64,000 nt of DNA from Akkermansiaceae bacterium (GTDB lineage: Bacteria > Verrucomicrobiota > Verrucomicrobiia > Verrucomicrobiales > Akkermansiaceae), in the NCBI GenBank assembly GCA_051251915.1, contig JBPOGF010000007.1, positions 1 to 64,000 of the forward strand, read 5' to 3'. Positions within the stretch are counted from its first letter, which is position 1; every line of letters begins with the position of its first letter. Both the position numbers and the translations under genes were made by a program. A model generated the notes under the pieces. The model worked only from the letters and a program-made list of their open reading frames with translations, did no database searches and was not told where the DNA came from. This document shows positions 1 to 8,974 of the stretch, one piece after another.

Positions 1-12
1 CGGCTTGATTCC
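1..12 (+). rRNA. possible extreme 3' end of 23S rRNA
   Basis: CGGCTTGATTCC resembles the GGCTT-containing 23S terminus and lies ~335 nt upstream of a 5S gene; too short to be sure. Confidence 0.3.
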
Positions 13-347
13 TTAAGCTTTAAACATTAGTATTTAAGCAGGAAGTTAAGAAAATTAGAACAATTCCAAGATCAACATCTACTTTGGTAGAGTGTGAACG
101 CAAGTAAGCATTTGGTTGAAATTGAAGATCACACCTCAAAGGAGATGATCTAGCAACGTAAAATACAGAACAGTCAGACTTAATATGTCTATACAGCTTG
201 TCAGCGCTTTTTTCGCTTTGCTCATGTAGCAGGGAGCGAGAAGCAGGAAGCACTGAAAATAACCAAAATATAACAACAACAAACCAAAGCACATGCTTAA
301 GTCAGTAGATACCCTGATGTAGAGAGAAGAATCACTACACTAGCCAT

Positions 348-461
348 CTGGTGACCATAGCAAGTTGGAACCACCCGGTCCCATTCCGAACCCGGAAGTG
401 AAACGACTTTGCGCCGATGGTAGTTGGACGATAGGTCCTGTGAGAGTAGGTCGTCGCCAGT
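348..461 (+). rRNA. rrf: 5S ribosomal RNA
   Basis: Canonical 5S motifs CCACCCGGTCCCATTCCGAACCCGGAAGTGAAA, GCCGATGGTAGT and GAGAGTAGGTCGTCGCCAG; 5'/3' ends pair (CTGGTGAC / GTCGCCAG). Confidence 0.97.
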
Positions 462-468
462 TCTTTAT

Positions 469-504
469 GCCCTGATTTAGCTAACGCTAAGTCAGGGCTT
501 TTTT
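469..504 (+). terminator. rho-independent terminator of the rRNA operon
   Basis: GCCCTGATTTAG-ctaacg-CTAAGTCAGGGC stem followed by a T-tract. Confidence 0.85.
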
Positions 505-583
505 GTGCCCCTGAGGCGGGGACAAAAAAATGTCAATGGTCAAGGGGCAATGATCATTGGGGTTTGGTTGATGGAGCCTTGGG
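499..583 (+). repeat. dispersed hairpin+heptamer+GATGRARC element, copy A
   Basis: T-tract-GTGCCCC..GGGGAC-A-tract hairpin, heptamers gtcaatg gtcaagg ggcaatg atcattg, core ttggttgatggagcc. Confidence 0.7.
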
Positions 584-700
584 TTGAAGGCAGATGGGAT
601 TTATGGATTAATATATTTAGTGGTATTTCTTGTTAAATTGGATGAAGGGTATTATCAATTTTTGAAGATATATTATCCTTTTAGTTATCGACGTATTATT

Positions 701-2008
701 ATGAGAATTAGAAAATTACTTTTGTTGGTTTTGTGTCAGAGCTTTCTTATGTTAGTTATTGCGGGTGATGCTAGTTCTGCTCCTGAAGAATTACGGACGT
801 GGAGTATTAAAGGTGTGGGTGAGGTGAAGGCCTCTTTTGTGAGAATGACTGGAGAGATCGTGTATTTGGTAAATGAGCAGGGCAAAGAGGGGAAGGTTCA
901 ACTAAGTAGGTTCTCTGTAGCAGATACAAAATATTTAGAGGATCATTATAAACCTAAGAATAAAGCTGAATATAAAACGTGGAAGAATAGAGAGATGGTG
1001 GGTGAGGGTTTTAAGTATTTCGTGGATGTGCCCTCTTCTTATAAAGCAAGCACGGGATCTACGATATTACTCGATCTAAGAGGTAAGTCTTATACTTATA
1101 TGCATGCAGAAAAAAGGGCTAGTGTTGCGATGGGGGCTGTCTTTGCAAAGGTTCCATTTGCTGTAGAGCTAGAGACTGGTAAGTTGAGGCTTGAATACGT
1201 TGAAAAGTGTCTGGAGCACGTCTGTGAGGAGTTTTCTATTCAAAGAAATTCTGTGATCCTAATAGCGGATGGAGTAATGGCTGAGACGGCATTTGAGATA
1301 GCTGCCAGACACGAGATCTTTGGTTTACTCGTGTATAACGGATTTATACCCCGGGATATGGAGACTAAGAACAAAGTGTTTTGTGCTGTATGCGAGCCCA
1401 GAGATCCTTATCGATATATAGCAACTTATTTAGCTACAAAATATAAAAAGAATGGGAATATTTTTTTTACGAAAGAGAGAAGTATTGATGAGTTGGCTAT
1501 GCTGTGGATTTACAGTAGGTATCATAAGTTATCCAAGGTTAGTGAGCTAGAGAAGAAAGAATTTGCAAAGCGAGTAGTGGATAAAGCGGGCTCAATTAGT
1601 CTTGAGGCGAGATTCTGTTATTATAACTATTTAAAAACTGAAATAGATTTTGATGTGAGATTCTCAGAAATACTTGCTAAGATAAACTCTCGCAATAAAG
1701 AGCTAAATCCCAGGTCGAAAGATCATGAACTATCTGAAATAAGATACATTTATGACGGGGAGGTAGAGATACAAGATTTTGCAAAAAGGTATTTTGCTCC
1801 TTTTGGAGCAGAACACAGTAGTCCAATGTTTAGCTATAAGGATGAAGTTGCTGCTGAAGCTATAGCAGAGATATTTAAGAACAAAAAGAAGGATATAGAT
1901 AATGCTTTCATACGAAATTATCATAACCATATTTACAATGGTTTTAGGAGTTCCACCTTACCTGATACGAGGCCAATAGATAAGAAGGGTTCGTTCAAAA
2001 TACAATAA
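701..2008 (+). CDS. secreted SHD1-domain protein with degenerate alpha/beta-hydrolase-like region
   Basis: ATG 701 gives a signal peptide (MRIRKLLLLVLCQ...); LRTWS...VKASFV...LSRFSVADTKYL is SHD1-like; YFVDVPSSY...VILIADGVMA resembles the esterase fold but lacks GxSxG. Confidence 0.7.
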   Translation: MRIRKLLLLVLCQSFLMLVIAGDASSAPEELRTWSIKGVGEVKASFVRMTGEIVYLVNEQGKEGKVQLSRFSVADTKYLEDHYKPKNKAEYKTWKNREMVGEGFKYFVDVPSSYKASTGSTILLDLRGKSYTYMHAEKRASVAMGAVFAKVPFAVELETGKLRLEYVEKCLEHVCEEFSIQRNSVILIADGVMAETAFEIAARHEIFGLLVYNGFIPRDMETKNKVFCAVCEPRDPYRYIATYLATKYKKNGNIFFTKERSIDELAMLWIYSRYHKLSKVSELEKKEFAKRVVDKAGSISLEARFCYYNYLKTEIDFDVRFSEILAKINSRNKELNPRSKDHELSEIRYIYDGEVEIQDFAKRYFAPFGAEHSSPMFSYKDEVAAEAIAEIFKNKKKDIDNAFIRNYHNHIYNGFRSSTLPDTRPIDKKGSFKIQ

Positions 2009-2115
2009 CAGGTAGGAATGAATCTTATTATGTAAGTTGTTAGAAATTTACGGTGAGCATTTTTATTGAGACTATATTTCTTTACTGGGGAGAATCTGTT
2101 TATTAAAATTTAGGC

Positions 2116-4695
2116 ATGATTAATCGTGTTTATGTTTTGCTTATTTTCCTGTGCCTGATGGGGGGGGAGGTTTGTCATGGGACTGATAAAGTAAAAATGC
2201 TGAAGCAGGTATCTAATAGTGTGGTGCTGGTTAAGGATGATGGGTGTCATGGATCAGGGATGGTTTTCTCTAAGGACGGGTTGATTTTGACGAGCTATAG
2301 GGTGGTGAATGGTGAGTTGCCATTGAGTGTGGTGTGTATGGTGACTAATGGGAAGGTGACGAGGAAAGCTACTCTTGATAAAGTGAAGGTTGAGAGGATG
2401 CATACTGAATACGATCTGGCCTTGCTTAAGGTGGAGCTGCCAATGGGCTATCATTTGATAGAGGCGGTGAAGTCTGAGAAAAAGGTGGCTAAGGGTGATA
2501 AGAGTTATTTGATAGGGAGAGGTGGAGCACTTGGGGATCAAGATTTTCGGATTATTTTTTCTGAGGGTGAGGTGAGTAAGGAGATGGTGGAATGGGGTGG
2601 TGATGGTTATTTTGAATCTACTGTAGAGTATAGTGTGGAAACGGTGGGGGGAGTTATTTTTGGTTCGGAGGGAGAGGCTCAGGGAGTGATTGCGCTAAAG
2701 ATAGGGGAGGATGAGGTGCTTGGTTATGGGGTGCCTATGGGATCCATAAAGTTAGAGGATTTTGTTGAGGAGGCTTATTTGGATCAGGTAGCAAGTGAAG
2801 AAGAGGGGAAGAGGTTGGTTAAGTTAGTAGAGACGTGGTTTGTGAAGGCTGGAAAATTAAATGGTTTTGAGAAACGAGAGGCTGAGCTTTGTGCTGAGAT
2901 GTGTTTGAGGGAAGCAATCGCGGTATTACGATTTGATCATTTAATTTATGCTCGCTTGGCGAATGCTTTTAAAATGAATGAAGATGATGAGAGGGCTTGT
3001 CAGTATTACGAAAAGGCGAATGAACTAGCAGGAGAGAAAGATGCTGAATATTTAACGAAATTGGCTTCTCTTTATCAAAAACGAGGGACGAAAAATAAAG
3101 CTGTGGAGATGTGGTTAAAAGCTCTAGAATTAGAGAATCAAGATACCTATGTAGCTGAAAGTGCAGATGCGATGGCTGCTTATTCTCGTGAAATGGAAAA
3201 GGACGTTCGTGCTGTGTATTATTTGAACTGGGCTAGGAGTTTAGCTAGGGGTGATGCTGCTAGAGAGGAAGAGAGGGTGGAGATATTATCGGTAGCTGAG
3301 CATAGTTTAACAGAAGGTCAGAGGGCTTATATTAAGCATAAGAGTGGTGGGTTTTCGAAGCAGGATTTGAAGGACTTTGAAGCAAATGATTTTTCAGCAG
3401 AGGCAGTTACGAAATCAAAACCTATGACGACTAAAGATGTGATTAAATTACGTTGGTCTAAGCTCTATGAAAAGTCGATGACTGAGGCTGTAACTCTAGG
3501 TGAGGCTGGGTTAGAGAAAAATCTGCCAGCTAAATTAGGTGTGAGTAGTTCAGCATGTGGAGGGGTTTATCTTATTATGACTTTTCCAGATGCTAATTTA
3601 ATTGGTGTGTTTAATGTTCCTCAGATGAAGTTTGAGAAGTTTCTGCCTTTGCCATCAGCAAAGACGCTATTAACTAGTGGTGAGAATAAGTTGTTGGTTT
3701 ATGATCCAGATGGAAGCCAGTTTATACTCTATGATTTGGAGACTTTTGAAAAGCTAGGGGAGGCCGATTTTAAGTTGGGTAAGGTTACGTCGATCAAAAT
3801 GAATAGTTTTATTTCTGACAGAGGTTTGATCTCATGGCGAGGTGAGGATAAGGTGACAAGGCTGGGTGAGATTAAGATTCCGAGTTTTGAAGTGCGGGAG
3901 TTCAGGCATGAGACTCCGCATGTTTTCAAGGACGGTTTTAGAGGGTTAGAGCATGTAGAGCTGTATCCTAATATGGATTTCACTAGTGTGATGGCAGTGT
4001 CTACTGTGACTAGGAATAGCCCGTTTGTGAATCTACGTCTAAGGGGGCTTACTTTTGGAGAAGTTTGTGTTTATAGGCTGAGAGGTAAGTACCAGGTTGC
4101 CATGGATTCAGATGTGATTATTAGTGGTGATGGACAAATTTATAATGCTGATGGGGATGAGGTTGGAGTTGTGGGAGGAAAGGATTTCAGTAAATTTCAA
4201 CCTGTGTTGGGGGCGAATATGATGGTTTCGTTTAGTGATGATTTTATTAATGTTTATGATGTGGCAACACGAGAGGTCGTTCATAAGATTGGTTTGGCTC
4301 AGGAGGGAGTGGATTCTTCTGAGACTCGGAGCTGGGGTGAAGATGGAATTTTGTTAGGGGCCTCAGCGCTGCTGAATAGAGTGGTGATGCTGAATGCGGA
4401 TAAGGAATCAATACGAGTGTTGCCATTGAATGGGAAGGTGTTGGAGGAGGGGGAAATACGACCTGGTTTGGATATGGTGGCGGGTGAGGTGTTTACGAAG
4501 TTGCTGAAGTATCCTGAGAGGAGTGTTGTTAGGTTAGAGGATGGTCCGGAGGGGATGAAGTTTAATTTTGAAACAAAGGTATTGTCTTGGCTAGTTCCGG
4601 ACGGGCATGCGTCAGGAAATGTGGAGGTGTTGATTTCTATTAAACGTCCGGATGAGGATGAAGTTTTTGAGAAGTTGTCTATTTTTGTGTGGTAG
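2116..4695 (+). CDS. secreted trypsin-like pseudoprotease with TPR, beta-propeller-like and Ig-like C-terminal modules
   Basis: Signal peptide; GSGMVFSKDGLILTSYRVV, DLALLK and TVGGVIF (HtrA-like motifs with His and Ser replaced); TPR helices; GPEGMKFN...LSW putative Ig (He_PIG-like) tail. Confidence 0.75.
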   Translation: MINRVYVLLIFLCLMGGEVCHGTDKVKMLKQVSNSVVLVKDDGCHGSGMVFSKDGLILTSYRVVNGELPLSVVCMVTNGKVTRKATLDKVKVERMHTEYDLALLKVELPMGYHLIEAVKSEKKVAKGDKSYLIGRGGALGDQDFRIIFSEGEVSKEMVEWGGDGYFESTVEYSVETVGGVIFGSEGEAQGVIALKIGEDEVLGYGVPMGSIKLEDFVEEAYLDQVASEEEGKRLVKLVETWFVKAGKLNGFEKREAELCAEMCLREAIAVLRFDHLIYARLANAFKMNEDDERACQYYEKANELAGEKDAEYLTKLASLYQKRGTKNKAVEMWLKALELENQDTYVAESADAMAAYSREMEKDVRAVYYLNWARSLARGDAAREEERVEILSVAEHSLTEGQRAYIKHKSGGFSKQDLKDFEANDFSAEAVTKSKPMTTKDVIKLRWSKLYEKSMTEAVTLGEAGLEKNLPAKLGVSSSACGGVYLIMTFPDANLIGVFNVPQMKFEKFLPLPSAKTLLTSGENKLLVYDPDGSQFILYDLETFEKLGEADFKLGKVTSIKMNSFISDRGLISWRGEDKVTRLGEIKIPSFEVREFRHETPHVFKDGFRGLEHVELYPNMDFTSVMAVSTVTRNSPFVNLRLRGLTFGEVCVYRLRGKYQVAMDSDVIISGDGQIYNADGDEVGVVGGKDFSKFQPVLGANMMVSFSDDFINVYDVATREVVHKIGLAQEGVDSSETRSWGEDGILLGASALLNRVVMLNADKESIRVLPLNGKVLEEGEIRPGLDMVAGEVFTKLLKYPERSVVRLEDGPEGMKFNFETKVLSWLVPDGHASGNVEVLISIKRPDEDEVFEKLSIFVW

Positions 4696-4762
4696 TATTT
4701 GGAGGTAGAAGAGCTCTAGAAATAACCTTTACGAGTTAAACTGCTGGAGCCATTCTTTGGGA

Positions 4763-6136
4763 ATGAATTTAGGATGGTTATGTGGAGTATTCGTTGGAGT
4801 GGTGGTTCTTTGCGAGTCTAAGTTGTTGGCGCAGGATGGGACTGCTCTTGGTGAGCCAAGTCCAGCGTTGAAGATGGAGGCTGTTCTAAGCTCGCCTAGG
4901 TATATGGGTATGAAGCAGCTTGCTGTAGATACTAAGGGTGGGGGGTTAAATAAGGCTCTACCTAGTAAACCAGAGACGATGTGTAGTGCATATGGAGGTG
5001 CTTATGTGGTTTTGACTTTTCCGGAGTTGAAGAAAATTGGGGTGTTTAGTATGCTTACGATGACTTTTGTAAAGTATCTACCGTTGCCTTCTGAGCGGGC
5101 GCTGCTGGCTAGTGGGGGAAATCGGTTAGTGGTGTATGATCCTGTTCTTGGAGTTTTCCATGTGTATGATTTGGATACGTTTGAACGGGTAGGTTCTAAG
5201 ATTAGTAAGGTGGGGAAGGTGGTTGCTATTGGGATGACGAGTGAGCAGCCGGATAGAGGTGTGATCGCTTGGAAAGATGATGAGGACTTGGTTCAGGTTG
5301 GCTATTTAAAGATACCTAGTATGGAGGTGGAGGAACTGAGGGTTGTTGAGGGGGGGAAATTTAGTAGGGATCGGCTTCGTTCAAAAGAGCAGGTTTACTT
5401 GAAGGTTAATGAGGATTTCACGCAAGTTGTTTTATGGCGTGGGGCAGGCAGTTATTGTAGAACACAATTTTACAGCATAAGGGAGGGTGAGATTTTGAAT
5501 TATCATTCATTTAGTAGTATGAGTCCGTTGAGTTTTACTTTAGATCCTGCGATTCTGGTTACTGGTGGAGGAAAGATTCAGACTAGTGATGGTAAGGCTA
5601 GGGGGGGGAGAAGCAAGGTGACGCTGCAAGGGGCTATGACGATACAGGGGACTAGCTTGATGGTGGGGTTAACTAGGAGTCATTTGGAGTTTTATGATAC
5701 GTATCGGCAGAATAAATTACATGCTGTGGAACTGGATAAGAGTGGAGCGAAGTCTCGTAGATCTCGATCTATTAAAGGATTCGGCAGTCAGTATCTTGTT
5801 GGCTCAGCTGATGCGGGGCGAGTGGCTTTGGTTGATCCAGACTTACTAAGCATAGAGGTGATGGAGATACCTGAAAGTGTGGTGAAGTTGGCGAAGGAGG
5901 GGGAGAAGAGTGAACTGGCGAGGGGGAAATTGTGGACACGTAAATTAAGCTATCCTGAAGGATCGAAGGTGACTTTGGAGCATGGGCCTGAGGATATGAA
6001 ACTAGATCATGATACTGGAACTCTGGGGTGGATGGTGCCTAGTGAGCAGGTTGAGGGTGAGGTGTTAATTTTGATTACGATTAAGGCTCCGGGTGCAGTA
6101 GAGAGTTATGAAAAGATTGTTTTAGTATTGAAATAG
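4763..6136 (+). CDS. secreted paralogue of the flanking genes lacking the trypsin and TPR domains
   Basis: Shares SAYGGAYVVLTFP..KIGVF..FVKYLPLPS..SGGNRLVVYD and the GPEDMKLD...LGW tail with 2116..4695; ATG 4763 preferred to TTG 4757. Confidence 0.8.
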   Translation: MNLGWLCGVFVGVVVLCESKLLAQDGTALGEPSPALKMEAVLSSPRYMGMKQLAVDTKGGGLNKALPSKPETMCSAYGGAYVVLTFPELKKIGVFSMLTMTFVKYLPLPSERALLASGGNRLVVYDPVLGVFHVYDLDTFERVGSKISKVGKVVAIGMTSEQPDRGVIAWKDDEDLVQVGYLKIPSMEVEELRVVEGGKFSRDRLRSKEQVYLKVNEDFTQVVLWRGAGSYCRTQFYSIREGEILNYHSFSSMSPLSFTLDPAILVTGGGKIQTSDGKARGGRSKVTLQGAMTIQGTSLMVGLTRSHLEFYDTYRQNKLHAVELDKSGAKSRRSRSIKGFGSQYLVGSADAGRVALVDPDLLSIEVMEIPESVVKLAKEGEKSELARGKLWTRKLSYPEGSKVTLEHGPEDMKLDHDTGTLGWMVPSEQVEGEVLILITIKAPGAVESYEKIVLVLK

Positions 6137-6142
6137 ATATTT

Positions 6143-6326
6143 AGTTCACTTGTAAGGTCATCCTGCTAGGGGCTTCTCACCACGAATCTACAGTAATTTT
6201 CACGAATCTTGGTAAGATGAAGCCCAGCAAGATGAATTTTTGAACCACTGAATGCACTGAATGACACTGAACTAGCACGATGAAATAATCATTTCTCCCT
6301 AGCTGGATGGCCGTGAGTTCACTTGT
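6143..6326. mobile_element. MITE-like composite repeat
   Basis: Direct repeats AGTTCACTTGT at 6143 and 6316 flank inverted repeats GGTCATCCTGCTAGGG (6156) / CCCTAGCTGGATGGCC (6297), 14/16 match; interior holds CACGAAT and CACTGAA tandem repeats and three GATG cores. Confidence 0.55.
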
Positions 6327-6373
6327 GAGATTATAGGCTTTACTTGTCTTAGTGGTTTGGAGGATTATTCTGC

Positions 6374-8785
6374 ATGGTTAGATTAGTAATGCGTTGTGTT
6401 TTGTTGATGGTGACTTGTTGTTTGTATTCAACAAGTGCTCATGGAGAGATTAAGAAGGAAATAGTGGATCGGGTGGCTCCTGGGGTTGTTGTTATTTCTG
6501 ATTCGGTGGTGCATGGTTCTGGGATAGTGCTGGATTCAAGTGGGAAGATTTTATGTTGTAACCATACGGTGAGTGGTTTTCTGCCTTTGAAAGTGGAAGC
6601 TATGGTTCAGCTGAATGGTGTTAGGAAGATGGTGGTTTTTGATGAGGTTGAAGTGCTTCAGCAGCATCCGGTGGAAGACTTGGCGATAGTGAAAGTGAAG
6701 TTGCCCAGGGGTGGCAGGCTAGTCATGCCTCCGATGAGGAAAACGCTTCCTGAAGTTAATAGTGAGTGCGCTTTGATATGTCGTCCGATAGGGGTGACTG
6801 TTACTAAGGAGAAAAATGGAGTTTATGTTTCTGAAGGGAAGATTGTTGATCTTGAGTATAAAGTGAAATTCATTGATGCTACTGCTCCTGCTACGAGGTA
6901 TATCAAAACTAGTGCGGTAGCAAATCTTGCTGATTTTCCAGGAGGAGCTTTGGTCAATGATGATGGTGAGGTTGCAGGGATTGTGGCATATGGTTATCTG
7001 ATGAATTCAGTGGAGGGTATTGCGATTCCACTAGAGGATATTGAGATGGGGGATTTTGTTGAGGTTGGTAAACGAACACCAAATAAGCAGAATGGCCAAC
7101 GAGCCTACCATAGGGCTACAACTATCTACAATGGGAAGCCTAGACCAGAGGAAATAGGTGGATTAGGAAAGGACGATGCAGCAGTTGATGACATTGAGAA
7201 GTCTTTTCGAGTGGCGCAGGTGGAAGCTCCTACGAGTTCAGGTGCTTTTGTGGGGCAGGCTGCTATAAGCATGGCGCATAAGGATTTTGACATAGCGGAG
7301 AAGTATTATTTGAAAGCTCTGGAGTTGGAAAAAACGGAGAATTATACAATTAAAAAAATCATCTATGATCTGGGCTTATTGTACCAAGAAAAAGGGGATG
7401 TGGAGAAAGCACGTGAAATGTGGAAGCAGGGGATGCAGGGTGAAAAGTTGAGTGATTATAGCCATGACTGTGCTAGAGAGCTAGCGAGGTTAGAAATGAA
7501 GGCGGGAAATTATTCTGTAGCAGCTTATTTGACGGTTTGGTCATGGGATATAGCGAAGCGGGTGAATCGACTTAATGAGAAAATACCTAGAGCTGAGTAT
7601 GAGGAGGTTTTGAAACAGTTACCTAAGAACATGGTGCAGTTTATTAGTAATAAACATGAGAATTTTTCTTACGAGGATATGGAGGTTTTTTTAGGAGGAA
7701 TCTTTGAGAAGAAGAAGGGGCTAGATAAGAAAATTTTTGAGAAGCTACATGCTGTTAGGGGGAGTAAGCTATTTAAGTCTGAAATGTCAAATGCTGTGGT
7801 TCCTGATGAATTGGGTACTTTTGTGGATTTGCCTGGTGAGTGTTATAGTAGCTGTTCTGCCTATGGGGGGATGTATATTGTTATGACTTTTCCCAATGTT
7901 GAAAAGATTGGAGTCTTCAGTGTTCCGAGAATGAAGTTTGTTAAGATGCTTCCATTGCCTTCACCAAGTGCGAGGGTGACCTCTGGGGGGAATAAGTTGG
8001 TAGTGACGGATGTTGAGTCATCTAGGTTTTATATTTATGATTTGAATACATTTAAGAGAGTGACTTGGAAGTCTAAGCCTTTTGAGAAGCTTCTGGGCTT
8101 TGAGATGACTAGTTCTATTTCTGATAGAGGTGTGGTGTCCTGGGTGGATAGAGATAAGAAGTTACATGTGGGTTATATGAAGATACCAGGTTGTCAGATA
8201 GCGGAGGTAGAAATAAAAAGTGCTGATATGACTAGGGAGATAGAAAGTTTATCAAGACAAGGAATTGCTATTAAGGTAAACTATGATTTGACCAGATTTT
8301 TGCTATTTACGGATCGTTATGGAACTAAGGTGTATGGTGAATTAGTGGATGAAGAGTTTGATCTTTCTGTCTTGAGTTTGCATGATAGTGGGTTGGATTT
8401 TGGGTTAGATCCTACGATGATGATTACGGGTAAAGGTAAATTTATTAGTAATAAAGGTGTGGAGCGAAGAGACTCAATTCCTGCTTCTGTAAAACGTCAG
8501 GTAGATAGAGGTAGTGATATCCCTGGTGGACAGATGCTTACGGTGTATCCTTCAGTGAAGTGGGCTGCTACGGTGGAAGGAGCTAATCAGATAGTTGCTG
8601 AACACGATGAAATGGTGGTGGTCTATGATGTTGAGACGCGTGCTAAACTTGGTGAGTCTAAGCCTATCTTTGATCATTTTGGTGGTGATGTTCATGCGTC
8701 GAGTCATACGGGTAGGGTTGTGATGATTAGTAAACGCGCGACTAAGGTTGGGGTGATGGTGTTGCCGAAGGAGGGGGGAGAGTGA
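6374..8785 (+). CDS. secreted trypsin-like pseudoprotease with TPR and beta-propeller-like modules
   Basis: Signal peptide; GSGIVL..CCNHTV, DLAIVK, and DFPGGALVN (no catalytic Ser); TPR repeats; same propeller-like module as its neighbours. Confidence 0.75.
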   Translation: MVRLVMRCVLLMVTCCLYSTSAHGEIKKEIVDRVAPGVVVISDSVVHGSGIVLDSSGKILCCNHTVSGFLPLKVEAMVQLNGVRKMVVFDEVEVLQQHPVEDLAIVKVKLPRGGRLVMPPMRKTLPEVNSECALICRPIGVTVTKEKNGVYVSEGKIVDLEYKVKFIDATAPATRYIKTSAVANLADFPGGALVNDDGEVAGIVAYGYLMNSVEGIAIPLEDIEMGDFVEVGKRTPNKQNGQRAYHRATTIYNGKPRPEEIGGLGKDDAAVDDIEKSFRVAQVEAPTSSGAFVGQAAISMAHKDFDIAEKYYLKALELEKTENYTIKKIIYDLGLLYQEKGDVEKAREMWKQGMQGEKLSDYSHDCARELARLEMKAGNYSVAAYLTVWSWDIAKRVNRLNEKIPRAEYEEVLKQLPKNMVQFISNKHENFSYEDMEVFLGGIFEKKKGLDKKIFEKLHAVRGSKLFKSEMSNAVVPDELGTFVDLPGECYSSCSAYGGMYIVMTFPNVEKIGVFSVPRMKFVKMLPLPSPSARVTSGGNKLVVTDVESSRFYIYDLNTFKRVTWKSKPFEKLLGFEMTSSISDRGVVSWVDRDKKLHVGYMKIPGCQIAEVEIKSADMTREIESLSRQGIAIKVNYDLTRFLLFTDRYGTKVYGELVDEEFDLSVLSLHDSGLDFGLDPTMMITGKGKFISNKGVERRDSIPASVKRQVDRGSDIPGGQMLTVYPSVKWAATVEGANQIVAEHDEMVVVYDVETRAKLGESKPIFDHFGGDVHASSHTGRVVMISKRATKVGVMVLPKEGGE

Positions 8786-8788
8786 TGG

Positions 8789-8862
8789 CTTTTTTACCCC
8801 TTGTTAGGGGAAAAAGTCATTGGTCAAAAGTCATTGGTCAATAGTTCTAGCACGATGAAACC
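8789..8862 (+). repeat. dispersed element, copy C
   Basis: CTTTTTTACCCCT-tgtt-AGGGGAAAAAG hairpin, heptamers gtcattg gtcaaaa gtcattg gtcaata, core ctagcacgatgaaacc. Confidence 0.75.
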
Positions 8863-8974
8863 TTAGCCGTTAGGGGTGATACGCCTCCGTAAAACAAGCC
8901 GTAGAAGTAACGCTTTAGCGGCTAAAGTCTATATTATGGATTTTTTTGTTACTGAATAGGCACGTATGAAAATA

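Noticed and set aside
20..292. 90-aa minus-strand ORF
   Set aside because: Lies antisense in the probable 23S-5S spacer, with no recognisable domain
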